This document shows, piece by piece, positions 28,634-39,629 of a stretch of DNA of 43,499 nt. Origin of the DNA: an uncultured Chloroflexia bacterium (lineage in GTDB: Bacteria; Chloroflexota; Anaerolineae; B4-G1; SLSP01); contig CAVVUS010000017.1 in NCBI GenBank assembly GCA_963751345.1, positions 1-43,499 on the forward strand, given 5' to 3'. A program made the translations under genes and the position numbers. The notes beneath the pieces were generated by a model, which saw only the letters and a list, made by a program, of their open reading frames with translations, was not told the origin of the DNA and ran no database searches. The stretch's first letter is position 1; each line of letters begins with the position of its first letter.

Positions 28634-29491
28634 TTAGCTGCCGGTGATTCCGATCTCTGCCAGCCACTCCGCGAACCGCTCGATCCAGCCATCGGTGGGG
28701 AGACCCTGGGGGCGCATGCCGAAGCCGTGGCCGCCTTTCGCGTAGATGTGGAGCTCCACGGGGACGCCGGCCTCCTTCCACGCCTGGTAGAGCCCGACGA
28801 TGCCGGGCGCCGCGATCCGATCGTCGGCCGCGCAGAGCGTGAAGAGGGGCGGGGCGTCGGATGGAACGGCGTCCGTGCCGTGGCCGCCGCCGTAGATCAC
28901 GCCCAGGAAGTCGGGCTTTGCATCGGCGTTGGACTCATCATTGTCGGCCAGCCCCACGGCTAGCGTCAGCGAGCCGCCCGCCGAGAAGCCCATGATGCCG
29001 ACGCGCTGCGGGTCGATCCCCCACTCATTGGCGTGCGCGCCTTGGACGGCGCCGCGCATGATACGCAGCGCCTGTTGGCCGTCCGCGAGCATCATCGGGC
29101 GGTACCAGGCCATGATCTCGGCCCACCGGTCGCGATCGCCCATATTGGCCTGCATATCGGCCTCGAAGTCTTCCCCGGTGTGGATCACGCGGTACTTGAG
29201 GACGCCGGCGGCGATGCCGTGGGCGTTGAGCCACCGCGCGACCTCGTGGCCCTCGTGCTCGATGGCGAGCAGGTGGAACGCGCCGCCGGGACAGACCACG
29301 ATGGCTGCACCGTTGGCCGGCGCATCGCCCTGGTCGGGGTCGGGCAGCGAGACGGTGAGGGTGGGGCGGGCGACGTTGAGGACGACGGTAACGCCCTCGC
29401 TCGGCGGCCGCACGACCTCGCGCTCGGGCCAGTTCCAATCTTCAGAGCCCGGCGCAGCGCCGGGCCACAGCGGAAGTACGGTCGGTTGCAT
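28634..29491 (-). CDS. Alpha/beta hydrolase (acetyl esterase-like)
   Basis: VCPGGAF, IMGFSAGG nucleophile elbow, ADD, GGHGFG catalytic His. Confidence 0.9.
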   Translation of the reverse strand: MQPTVLPLWPGAAPGSEDWNWPEREVVRPPSEGVTVVLNVARPTLTVSLPDPDQGDAPANGAAIVVCPGGAFHLLAIEHEGHEVARWLNAHGIAAGVLKYRVIHTGEDFEADMQANMGDRDRWAEIMAWYRPMMLADGQQALRIMRGAVQGAHANEWGIDPQRVGIMGFSAGGSLTLAVGLADNDESNADAKPDFLGVIYGGGHGTDAVPSDAPPLFTLCAADDRIAAPGIVGLYQAWKEAGVPVELHIYAKGGHGFGMRPQGLPTDGWIERFAEWLAEIGITGS

Positions 29492-29610
29492 AGGATGCCT
29501 CCTGCGGGCTAAGGGAGTATGGGGGTATGATACACCGAAAGGCGGATGGCGGCAGGTGCCGGTGCGATGGCCAGATGCGATAGCCCTACCCCTGGCCTAT
29601 GGCGACGCGC

Positions 29611-32321
29611 TCAGGTCAGGACAGTGCGGATGGTCAACAGCAGCTGGTCGATGTCGAAGGGTTTGGCGACCGCCGCGTCAAATCCGGCGCTCAGCAGGGA
29701 ATCGAGCCTCACATCCAGCGCGTAGCCCGTCACGGCGACGGCCTTGGTCTCGGGATAGAGCTCGCGGATGGCGGGCAACAGCTCGATCCCGCTCATCCCG
29801 GGTAACACGATGTCGGTGATAAGCAGATCGGGCGCCTCGTGCAGGGCAAGGTCGAGCGCCTCGGGGCCATCCGCGACGGCCATCACGCGGTAACCGGAGG
29901 ACGTGAGGAACTGCTCCAGGGCGGAGCGGAGAGCCTCCTGATCTTCCACCAACAGGAGCAGCTCCCCGTGGCCCAACTGATCGTCAGGGCCGGAAGTGCT
30001 CTCGGCGTCCTTCACCCTGTGCTCAATCGCGGGCAAATAGATGGCGACGCTGGTGCCGACGCCGAGTTCGGTCCGCACATCGATATAGCCGTCGTGCTGC
30101 TTGACGATTCCATAGACCTGGGAGAGGCCCAGTCCTCTGCCCTCGCCCGGCCCCTTGGTCGTGAAGAAGGGCTCGAAGAGGTGTACCTGGGCCTCTTCAG
30201 ACATCCCTGTCCCGGTATCGGTGACCTGGAGCCGGGCCCACGGACCCGGCGCCATACCGTCAACCGGCGGCACCATCGCCGGCACCAGGTCGAGCCGGCA
30301 AACGGCGATATGCAGCTCCCCGCCGTTGGGCATCGCATCCCGCGCGTTGAGCGCCAGGTTGATCAGCACCTGCTGCAGGCGGGCGGCGTCCGCCATAACG
30401 CCGCAGCTCGTGCAAGCGCCCTCAAGGGTGCAAGCGCCCTTAAGGGTGCAAGCCGTGTCAAGCCGCGGCCGGATCGTCCTCGGAAGCATCGGGCGCAGGA
30501 CGTTCAGCACCTGTTGGGCCAACTCCGTGAGGTCCAGCGGTTGGATCTGCAGCATTGCACTGCGGCTGAAATCGAGGATCTGCCGGACCAAGGCCGCACC
30601 ATGGTCTGCTTCCGACAAGATAGTGTCGAGCGCCTTGCCCACGTCCGGCGGCAGTTCTGCGCGCCGGTTGAGGGCCAACTGGCCATAGAGCACGATCGTT
30701 GCCAGCAGGTTGTTGAAGTCGTGCGCGATTCCGCTGGCCAACCGGCCGACGGCCGCCAGGCGCTCCTGGTGGCGCAGCTCCTCCTGGAGTTGGCGCAGGT
30801 CGGTCACGTCGCGGGAGATGCCCATCGTCCCCACGATCTGCCCGGCCTGATCATAACGCGGCATCTTGCTCACTGAGAACCAGTGCTCGCTGCCGTCGGG
30901 AAGGGTGAGCTTCTCGACCTTGCCCACGATGGGCTTCCCCGTCTCCAGCACAGCGGTGTCGTCTCTGTACAACTGCTCCGCCTGGGCAATGGGAAAGTTA
31001 TCGAAGTCGGTCCTGCCGATGAGATCCGACGGCTCCAGGCCCTGGCCCTTTACCATGGTCCTGCTGACGCGCACGAAACGGTGCTCCCGGTCCTTGAAGT
31101 AGATCGCGTCCGGGGTGTACTCGAGGAGCGAACGCATCATGTTGTGCTCAGCCGCTGCCGCTTCCTCAGCCGATTTTCGGGCGGTGATGTCCTGGTAGGC
31201 AATGACGACGCGATCGTCCGCCAGAGGGGCGGCGGTCACGTGGATCCACGTGACCGCGCCGCCGGGCTTGACGATGCCCGCCTCCTCGTTCACCGCCAGA
31301 CGTCCGTCACTCAGCGCTCGCACGCTGGCATACTCATCGGGCGGCATCGGCGTCCCATCCGGTCGGATGGTCCGCCATTCCGCGCCATCAATGTGGCGCG
31401 TCTGCTGTGCCTCTACCGACAGGCCGAGCAGTTCCTGCGAGGCCTCGTTTGCCTCGATGATATGCCCGCTGCTGTCGGCAATGGTGATCCCCAGGGGAAA
31501 GGAGTCGAAGAGCACCCGGTACTTCTGGAGAGCCTCGCGCAACTCACGCTCAATACGCTTCTGCTCAGTAATGACCCGGAAGTAGACCGCGATCCCGTTA
31601 TGCTGGGGATAGACGTTCACTTCGTACCAGTCCCGCCGGGCGGCTCGCCGAACTCTGTGGAGAACCTCAGTGGGTGTTTCTCCCGGATGGCCTGCCTGTA
31701 CTTCTCTTCGAAGATGGAGCCGCGGGTGTCCGGAAAGGCGTCGGTGAAACGTCGACCGAGGACCTCGTCCCGGCGCCGGTCGAGCACCTGCTCGGCGACC
31801 CGGTTGATGTAGGTGATCGTCAGGTCCTCATCAAGGGCAAAGAAAGCATCGCTGATGCTCTCCAGGATATCGCCGATCCGCCGGCTGTTTCGCTCCAGCT
31901 CCCGGCGGGCAGCTACGCGATCGGTGATGTCGGTGGTGATCCCGACGACGCCGATGAGTTCCCCTCGATCGTTGTGGAGGGGGGCATCGGTGACGATGGC
32001 AGGGAACACGGTGCCGTCCCGCCGCCGGACCTGGAACTCTCCTGACCAGGACGCGCCGGTACTGAGCCGCGCCATGATCTCAGCTGCTTGCTCGCGGAGC
32101 GCAGGGGCCGGAATGATACTGACGATATTGTGGCCGATGACCTCATCGGCCGCCCATCCGTAGAGGGCTTCAGCCGCGCGGTTCAGGTAGGTGATGCGAC
32201 CAGCGAGATCCGTGGCGATCACTGCCTGGCCGACAGCATCCAGCAGTTGGGTGTGAAGGGATTCAGCGTCTCCTCTCGGTGTCTGAGTGGGGCGGCTATC
32301 CGTCAGTTCGTCTTGCGCCAT
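29611..32321 (-). CDS. Multi-PAS hybrid sensor histidine kinase/response regulator, frameshifted near 31625
   Basis: PAS domains, H-box GIAHDFNNLL, NLALNARDAM, DTGTG, FEPFFTTK, GLGL, C-terminal receiver LLITDIVLP. Confidence 0.92.
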
Positions 32322-32755
32322 CGGATGACACCTCGTTCCTTCCTACGTGGAGGCCGCCGGCGAGTGGGCCCTGGCGACTATGCCAGGGCGTGATGATGCG
32401 GCGATCGGTGTTGGCGGCCCTCGAAATATCGTCGAAGGCCAAGTGGCTACAGCTCAAACCCGGCGGCCGGGGCCGAACCCCGGACTCCGGTTGCCTACGG
32501 CATGTTGCCTCTCTGCATACTCGTTCGGCCTCAATGAGGGTTGGCTCAGCCGCTGTGTGGTCTATCTGTGCCAGTATACACCTCGACAGATGCTGGTCAA
32601 TCAACTGCACCTTCATCAAGTGTTGCATGGACCGCCGCGCGGCCTCTTCACTTCGCGTAGGCCAAACGCCAGAGGGCCGGCGGTTGCCCGCCGTGCGTTC
32701 GGCCATAGAATCGGCGGTGCATTTCGCTATCTTCCGCGGCCAAGGAGGCCTCACG

Positions 32756-33859
32756 ATGAGCCAAGATCCGATGTACCTGATCCCCCGAGATGCCCGGACA
32801 CGCTGGGCAAGCCCTGAGAACCCCACGGCGGAGCCGGGGCACGCCTGCTTCGGCAACGATGGACGGAAGCGCCACCCGTTTATCTCGTTACCCGCCGGCG
32901 CTTCCGCGACCCTGCTGGACCTCGGGAATACCAGCGGCACCGTGCGCCGCATCTGGATCACGATCGACGATCGCAGCCCGCAGATGCTGCGCGGGCTGCG
33001 GCTGGAGATGTTCTGGGACGGCGCGGCGACGCCCGCGGTCTCGGCTCCGCTGGGCGACTTCTTCTCGCTGGGGCTGGGCCGGATGGCGACGTTTCACTCG
33101 GCGCTCTTTTCGAGCCCCGAGGGGCGCAGCTTCAACTGCACCATCCCGATGCCGTTCCGCAGCAGTGCGCGAATCCGGGTGACCAACGAGACGGACGTCC
33201 GCCTGGGATCGCTCTACTACGACGTCGACTGCACGGTCGGCGACGTGCATCCCGAGGCGGCGGGATACTTGCACGCCCACTGGCGGCGGGAATCCCCGAC
33301 CAAGCTGCTGGAGGACTACACGATTCTGCCACAAGTGGGGGGACGCGGCCGCTTTCTGGGGTGTAACGTAGGCGTGATGGCCGACAAGGGCACGTATTAC
33401 CGGTCGTGGTGGGGAGAGGGCGAGGTCAAGGTGTTCCTGGACGGCGATACGACGAACCCCACGCTGTGCGGCACGGGAACCGAGGACTACATCGGCACGG
33501 GCTGGGGGCAGGGCCAGTACGCCGGGCTCTACCAGGGATGCCATGTGGCGGACCACGAGCAGTATCACTACTGCTTCTACCGGCTGCACGTGCCGGACCC
33601 GGTGTGGTTCCAGCAGGCGTGCCGGGTCACGCTCCAGCAGATCGGCGCCTGGACGCCGGAGAGCATGGCGCAGATGTACGCGGCGGGGCTGGAGCTCACC
33701 CATGCCGACGCGCCGATCGACGTGGCTGCCGAGGCTCGCAAGCGGACCTACGGTCTGTTCGAGCGGCAGGACGATGTGTCGAGCTGTGCGTGGTTCTACC
33801 TGGACGGGCAGGAGAACGGGCTGCCGGCCTTGCCGGGCCGGCGGACGCGGATTCCGTAG
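32756..33859 (+). CDS. DUF2961 / glycoside hydrolase family 172 protein
   Basis: AAGGAGG and ATG; SPENPT, GTVRRIWIT, PLGDFF, WWGEGEVKVFLDG, GTGTEDYIG motifs. Confidence 0.88.
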   Translation: MSQDPMYLIPRDARTRWASPENPTAEPGHACFGNDGRKRHPFISLPAGASATLLDLGNTSGTVRRIWITIDDRSPQMLRGLRLEMFWDGAATPAVSAPLGDFFSLGLGRMATFHSALFSSPEGRSFNCTIPMPFRSSARIRVTNETDVRLGSLYYDVDCTVGDVHPEAAGYLHAHWRRESPTKLLEDYTILPQVGGRGRFLGCNVGVMADKGTYYRSWWGEGEVKVFLDGDTTNPTLCGTGTEDYIGTGWGQGQYAGLYQGCHVADHEQYHYCFYRLHVPDPVWFQQACRVTLQQIGAWTPESMAQMYAAGLELTHADAPIDVAAEARKRTYGLFERQDDVSSCAWFYLDGQENGLPALPGRRTRIP

Positions 33860-34137
33860 GCGGGCGCCGATTCCACGGCGGAGGGCGTGCACGGCTGGAT
33901 AGAGACGCCCCGGTGGGGCGCCTCGTGACGCGGGCGGGCCGCCCTCGGTCCAGTAGCGGATCGCTGCGTCACGTGAGCTGCCAGCAGCCGGCGGGGTTGG
34001 CCCGTCGGCAGACGTGCTGGCGGCACATCCTAGGCGGGTAGGAAGGCAGCCGCGGCGTAAGCCGCCCCGATGGGGCGTCTCCGTACGGGCGGGGTGTGAC
34101 GGACGCCGTGCCGGCCGGGGTCGGCGGCGCGTCGTCG

Positions 34138-35289
34138 CTATTCGCCGGACACGAGCTCCAGGGCGCCATCGACGAGGGCGTAGACGTTGTGCGTCTCCTG
34201 GGTCGGGCAGCAGAGCGGATCGTCGGGCCCGGCGGTGAGCATGTCCACGCTGATCTCCCCGGCTTCGACGGACAGTGCCTGCATCTCGATGCGATCGCCG
34301 AGCAGCACCGGGGCCAGGGCCTCGGGTGTGCCGCTCCGGTTGAGCACGGGGGCCAGGTAGTAGAAGATGCCGGAGCCGCCCGTCTCGGCGACCAACACCA
34401 CGGCGGCGTCGGGGACGCCGTCGCCGTCGATGTCGCCGTAGGCGATACCGCCGGAGGCGGCACTGTCGGAGAGATCGACCATGATCTCAGATGCGCTGTC
34501 GGGCGCCGCCGGGGCACTGAACGAGCCGTCGACCAGTTGGGCCTCGCCGCCCGGCGCGACGTCGAGCGGGTACGTGGCATTCCGCAACTGGTCGAGGGTC
34601 AGATCGGGTGCGACCGTTGCACCAGCCTCGGCGGGCGTGTCCGACTCAGCCACGATCTCCAGCTCAGTGCCGCTCAGCGCGAAGGTGCGGCTCGACTGCT
34701 GGGTCGGGCAGCAGAGCGGGTCGTCGGGGCCTGCCGTGATCATCTCCACGTCGATCTGCTCGGCGGCGATGGCGAGCGACTGGAGCTCGACGCGGTCGCC
34801 GAGGAGCTCAGGCGTGAGCGGGTTGGGCGTGCCGTCCTGGTTGAGCACCGGCGACAGGTAGTAGAAGGTGCCCGAGCCGCCCGTCTGGGCGACCAGCACC
34901 ACAGCGGCGTCGGGAACGCCGTCGCCGTTGATGTCGCCAAAGGCGAAGCTGGCGGAGAGATCGATAGTGATTTCTGCCGCGCTGCCGGGCGCAGCCGGCG
35001 CGCTGAAGCTGCCGTCGACCAGTTGGGCCTCACCGTCGGGGGCGAGTTCGATGGGGTAGGTCAGGTTGCGTAACTGGTCGAGGGTGAGGTTGGGGGCGGT
35101 GCCCGCCGTCGGCTCGGGGATCGGTGTGGCGGTCCCGGTTCCCACCGGCTCCGTCGGCTGCGGCGTGGGCGCTACCGTCGGCGTGCAGGCCGAGATGGCG
35201 AGCGCCAGGACCACTACAGCCGTGGACCACCAAGGGATGCGCGATCTGACTTGGCCGTGCGATCTTCTCATTGACTTTGTGCTCCTCAA
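34138..35289 (-). CDS. Lipoprotein with two tandem near-identical domains
   Basis: Lipobox LAISAC; duplicated unit LTLDQLRN...GDINGDGVPDAAVVL...GGSG...LLGDR...DDPLCCPTQ. Confidence 0.8.
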   Translation of the reverse strand: MRSTKSMRRSHGQVRSRIPWWSTAVVVLALAISACTPTVAPTPQPTEPVGTGTATPIPEPTAGTAPNLTLDQLRNLTYPIELAPDGEAQLVDGSFSAPAAPGSAAEITIDLSASFAFGDINGDGVPDAAVVLVAQTGGSGTFYYLSPVLNQDGTPNPLTPELLGDRVELQSLAIAAEQIDVEMITAGPDDPLCCPTQQSSRTFALSGTELEIVAESDTPAEAGATVAPDLTLDQLRNATYPLDVAPGGEAQLVDGSFSAPAAPDSASEIMVDLSDSAASGGIAYGDIDGDGVPDAAVVLVAETGGSGIFYYLAPVLNRSGTPEALAPVLLGDRIEMQALSVEAGEISVDMLTAGPDDPLCCPTQETHNVYALVDGALELVSGE

Positions 35290-35488
35290 TTAAGTTTGTC
35301 GGCTGATACACAGTGTCATTGTAGCCAATCGCCGTCCGTCTACAAGACTCAGCTGGCGAAGCCGCCGGGGCTTGCAATTTAGACTATAATATCTATAATA
35401 ATAGGATAAAGTGGAGCGGCGTTGCCGGCCGTGGGCATAGGTCCGCGCAGCGTGGTCTGGGTCTGAGTGTAAGGGTGGGGAGCGGAGG

Positions 35489-36792
35489 ATGACCAAGAAA
35501 CAGATTGCGGTGTTGTTTTTGTGTAACCTGATCCCGTGGTGGTTTGGGGCCGGCGCGGTGCCGCTGCTGCCGGTCTACGCGACGCGATTGGGTGTGAGCC
35601 CGGCGATGGTGGGGATCTATCTCGCGACGGCCTTCGCGGGCATCTCCATTGGGTCGGCGAGCGCCAGTTGGGTCGCGCGTGTTTTCCGCAGCCACAAGAT
35701 ACCGATCATCGTGACGGGGCTCCTCGGCATTCCCCTGAGCTGGGGGATGGGGCACGTGTCGAGCGTCGTCAGCCTGACTGCGCTGACGATGCTGTTGTGG
35801 TACTGCGCCGGCGTGGCGACCTCGCTGGTCACTATCGTGGCCGGGTTGAGCGCCGGGCAAGAGGAGCGCGGCAAGGTTTTTGGCATCCTCACCGTCGCCG
35901 TCAGCCTGGGCGCGCTCATCGGCGGGCTATCGATGGGCGCCATCGTGGACCGCTGGGGCTTCCCCACGCTATTCAGTGTGGCCGCCGGGGTGCTCGCTCT
36001 GTGGCCGCTCTTCGGTCTCCTCGTGGCCGACGTGAAGGCGGAGCCGAAGCCCGTTACCGGTCGGCTCAGCCCGCTGCCGGCGAGCCGCCTGCCGCCGAGA
36101 GTTCGGCGCGGCCGCTCGGTTCGGGCTTCTATTTCTTCCTCGCGGCGGCTGTGCTGTCGTCGACCTCCGGTTTCTTCTTCCTGCTGGGGCGCTCACTGCT
36201 GATGAACGGGTTGGGCTTCAGTGCGCTGGCGCTTGCCAGCACCAACGCGGCGTCCAACGCTCTTGCGATGCCGCTGCCGATGCTCCTGGGGTCGCTGTCG
36301 GACCGCACCGGGCGCAAGCGATATCTGGTAGCGGGTTACGTCTTGGGGGTTGCGGCGCTGGCGATTCTTTCCGGGTCCAGTCTGCTATGGCAGTTCATGA
36401 TCGCCTCGGTGTTGGTCGTGGTACCGCTCAGGACCAGCGGCCTTGGGCTGGCCCTGGTGACCGACCTCGTGCCCCGTCCCTCGCTGTCGCGGGCCCTGGC
36501 CTGGGCCGGGTCGGCGCGCTGGATCGGCGGCATCCTCGGGTATGCGGGTGCCGGGGCTGCCTTCCAGCGTCTCGGAACCGGAGCCACACTGGCCATCGGG
36601 ATGGCCCTGTCGGCCATTCCGATCGTGCTGCTCGTGTTCGCGCGGAAGCGGCGCCGGCGGCCCTATCCGAGGCGTGTGAGATGGCCATCGCGTCGGGCGT
36701 GCGGCCCCGGTGGGGTGCTAGGAGCGACCGGCCCCTGGGCGGCCTGCCCCACAGGCATCAAGCTAAGGGCAGAACCAGTGCCGGCGTTCTGA
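35489..36792 (+). CDS. MFS transporter, frameshifted near 36100
   Basis: 12-TM pattern; GSLSDRTGRK motif A and EERGKVFG motif; 3' end uncertain. Confidence 0.85.
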
Positions 36793-36848
36793 GGAGCAGA
36801 CGCGAAAGAGCGATCCGTTACCGGACTGCGGGCTGCCCGCGGTCCACT
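36754..36848. repeat. Partial copy of the 1026-1389 element
   Basis: AGGAGCAGACGCGAAAGAGCGATCCGTTAC shared with about 1063-1094, followed by GCCCGCGGTCCACT shared with 1264 and 1349. Confidence 0.75.
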
Positions 36849-36982
36849 GTCCCCGCACCGAAACGATATACAGTTATTCCGGCCTGCGTTGGTGCCTCGT
36901 GCGGACCTACGCGCCGCGGAGTGGGTGGATTGAGGTGACGCCTGCAGGCCCTGCCGGCGCATAGTTCAGGGGAGGGGGAGGC

Positions 36983-37741
36983 ATGCCCGAGTTCCGGACG
37001 GAGGCGGGCATTCGGGTGCCCGCGGTCAGCGCGGCGCAGATGCGCGAGGTGGACCGTGTGGCGATGGAGGACTTCGGCCTGGGTATCCTGCAGATGATGG
37101 AGAACGCGGGCCGCAGCCTCGCCGAGAACGCGATCGAGATGCTGCGCGGCGCTCGTGGTGAGGTGGTCATACTGGCGGGTGGGGGCGGGAACGGAGGCGG
37201 GGGCCTCTGCTGCGCGCGCCATCTCCACGACCACGGGTTCCGGGTCGGCGTGGTGCTGGATCGTGATGTGGCCGAATTGAGGGGCGCGGCGCTGGCCCAG
37301 TGGCGGATCCTGCGGGCGGCGGGCCTACAACCGGTCGCGCCGGACGGGGTCGTGGACGCGCTTGGGCGTGCCGGCCTGGTCATCGATGCGCTCATCGGCT
37401 ACAGCCTGCGCGGCGCGCCCCGCGGTCGGGCCGCCGAGCTGATCGCCTTGTGTAACCGGCACGCGGAGCGGGTGCTGGCCCTGGACGTGCCTTCGGGGCT
37501 CGACGCTACCAGCGGCGAGGCGCCGGGCGAGGTGGTGCGCGCCGAGCGCACGCTCACGCTGGCGCTGCCGAAAACCGGTCTCCACGGCTTGCCCGGCGAC
37601 CTCTATCTGGCCGATATCGGCATCCCGCCCGAGGTCTACGACCGCCTCGGGGTGCCCTATGCGCCACCGTTTGGGTCCCGCCCTTGGCTGAGGTTGCACC
37701 GCGACACCGGTTTCCCCTCGGCTCCGGCGTCTCAGAGGTAA
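36983..37741 (+). CDS. nnrE: NAD(P)H-hydrate epimerase (YjeF N-terminal domain)
   Basis: MMENAG, GGGGNGGGG, VIDALIG, LALDVPSG, TLTLALPK, LADIGIP. Confidence 0.9.
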   Translation: MPEFRTEAGIRVPAVSAAQMREVDRVAMEDFGLGILQMMENAGRSLAENAIEMLRGARGEVVILAGGGGNGGGGLCCARHLHDHGFRVGVVLDRDVAELRGAALAQWRILRAAGLQPVAPDGVVDALGRAGLVIDALIGYSLRGAPRGRAAELIALCNRHAERVLALDVPSGLDATSGEAPGEVVRAERTLTLALPKTGLHGLPGDLYLADIGIPPEVYDRLGVPYAPPFGSRPWLRLHRDTGFPSAPASQR

Positions 37742-37860
37742 GAGAAGGACGATCTCTTGCGTCCATGTTGATGAATTCAAGGCCCTGTGCCGGCAGAGCG
37801 GGCAAGACGACCGGTGCGGGATCAGATCACAGATAGTCTTAGTAACGAAAGGGGAGCGAG

Positions 37861-38028
37861 ATGGCAGAGCATAAGCATAGTGTCACGTGTCCGGTTTGCG
37901 GGACGGCGTTTGGCGCCGATACCCAGGACGAGATGGTCAAGCTGATCCAGGCCCACGCCAAGAATGAGCACGGGATGGACCTCCCAAAGCAGAAGGCCCT
38001 GGATATGGAGAAGTCGCAGGCCAAGTAG
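37861..38028 (+). CDS. Small DUF1059-like metal-binding protein (55 aa), not in the ORF track
   Basis: GGGGAG RBS; CPVC...AHAKNEHGM pattern. Confidence 0.7.
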   Translation: MAEHKHSVTCPVCGTAFGADTQDEMVKLIQAHAKNEHGMDLPKQKALDMEKSQAK

Positions 38029-38176
38029 CGAGCGCGCAGAGGCGCGTGGTCAGCTTAGTTGAAGGTTGTGACGTCATCCATCGCGCGCCCACGGAGTGGG
38101 CGCGCGATGGATTTGGGCCTCGCCGGGCGGGCGTGGGCGGCGAGGGGAGGGTGTGGTGCGAAAGGAGAGCGGCGGG

Positions 38177-39574
38177 ATGGTGAGCGGGGCGAAGTCGTAT
38201 GACGTCATCGTGATTGGGTCGGGGAGCGGCGCGGATATCGTTGACGCGGCGCTCAGCCGTGGTCTGAGCGTCGCGTGGGTGGATAGGGGCCCGCTGGGCG
38301 GGACCTGCGATAACGTGGGGTGCATCCCCTCCAAGATGCTGACGGTGCCTGCCGATCGCATCCTCGCGATCCGCGAGGCCGCCCGGCTGGGCATCTCGGC
38401 CGACATCCGGGAGATCGACTTCCAGGCGATCATGGAGCGCATGCGACGCCCGCGGGCGGAGACTCAGCGTCATATACGCGAGGCCATCGCGCACCTCGAC
38501 GGCCTCGACTTCTACGAGACCGCCGGGCACTTCGTGGGTACGCACGAGCTTCAGGCGGGCGCGCAGCGCATCCGGGGCGACAAGATCTTCGTGGTTGCCG
38601 GCGCGCGACCCGCAATCCCGCCCATCGAGGGGCTCGAAGACGTACCCTATCTGACCAACGACACGGTGTTCGATCTGGTGGAGCGCCCGGACAGCATGGT
38701 GATCATCGGCGGCGGGTACATCGCCTGCGAACTGGGCCACTTCTTTGCAGCCGTGGGCACGGACGTGACCATCGTCCAGCGCAACGAGCGGCTGGTGCCT
38801 GAGGAGGAGCCTGAGATCTCGGAACTGCTGCTGCGCAAGCTGTCCGAACGGATGCGCGTTATCACGACCACGGAAGTGGTCAGTGTCCGTCCGGGGCCCG
38901 ACGGATACGTGACGGTGGGCAAGGATCGCCGCACCGGAGAGCCTGTGGAGGCCGCCGGACAACAGATCCTGGTCGCGACCGGGCGTACGTCAAACGCCGA
39001 CCTCCTTCAGGTGGCGAATGCAGGGATCGAGACCGACGCGAGAGGCTACATCGTGGCGAACCCCTACCTGGAGACCAATGTGCCGGGCATCTGGGCATTG
39101 GGCGACGTGATCGGCAAGCACATGTTCAAGCACACCGCCAACCGCGAAGCCAGCATCGCCTGGTACAACGCCGCGAGTGCGGGCGAAGGCGCGGATGCCG
39201 AGAAGGTAGCGATGGACTACAGCGCCGTACCGCACGCCGTCTTCACACATCCGCAGATCGCAGCCGTTGGGTTGTCAGAAGCGGAAGCCCGGAAGACGCA
39301 CAACGTGCTCATCGGGCGGGCGCACTACAACGACGTCGCCTACGGGATGGCGTTGGGGGAAGAAGAGGGCTTCGCCAAGGCCGTGGTGGACGCCGAAAGC
39401 AGGAAGGTCCTAGGCTTCCACATCGCCGGCCCCGACGCGGCGATACTCATCCAGGAGGTCATCAACTCGATGGCCTTCGGGGACACGGTTGCCGATCTTG
39501 GGTTGGGGATGCACATCCACCCGGCCCTGCCGGAGCTCATCGTGAAGACGCTGGGCAATCTGCAGGAGGGCTGA
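38177..39574 (+). CDS. Pyridine nucleotide-disulfide oxidoreductase (dihydrolipoamide dehydrogenase/mycothione reductase-like)
   Basis: GSGSG, GGTCDNVGCIPSK, GGGYIACE, ALGD, HIHPALPE. Confidence 0.92.
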   Translation: MVSGAKSYDVIVIGSGSGADIVDAALSRGLSVAWVDRGPLGGTCDNVGCIPSKMLTVPADRILAIREAARLGISADIREIDFQAIMERMRRPRAETQRHIREAIAHLDGLDFYETAGHFVGTHELQAGAQRIRGDKIFVVAGARPAIPPIEGLEDVPYLTNDTVFDLVERPDSMVIIGGGYIACELGHFFAAVGTDVTIVQRNERLVPEEEPEISELLLRKLSERMRVITTTEVVSVRPGPDGYVTVGKDRRTGEPVEAAGQQILVATGRTSNADLLQVANAGIETDARGYIVANPYLETNVPGIWALGDVIGKHMFKHTANREASIAWYNAASAGEGADAEKVAMDYSAVPHAVFTHPQIAAVGLSEAEARKTHNVLIGRAHYNDVAYGMALGEEEGFAKAVVDAESRKVLGFHIAGPDAAILIQEVINSMAFGDTVADLGLGMHIHPALPELIVKTLGNLQEG

Positions 39575-39594
39575 GCCGCCGCGCACGACCGTCC

Positions 39595-39629
39595 AGATGG
39601 GTCCAATCTTCCGAAGATTGGACCCATCT
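39595..39629. repeat. REP-like family A palindrome between convergent genes
   Basis: 16-bp perfect stem AGATGGGTCCAATCTT/AAGATTGGACCCATCT. Confidence 0.8.
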
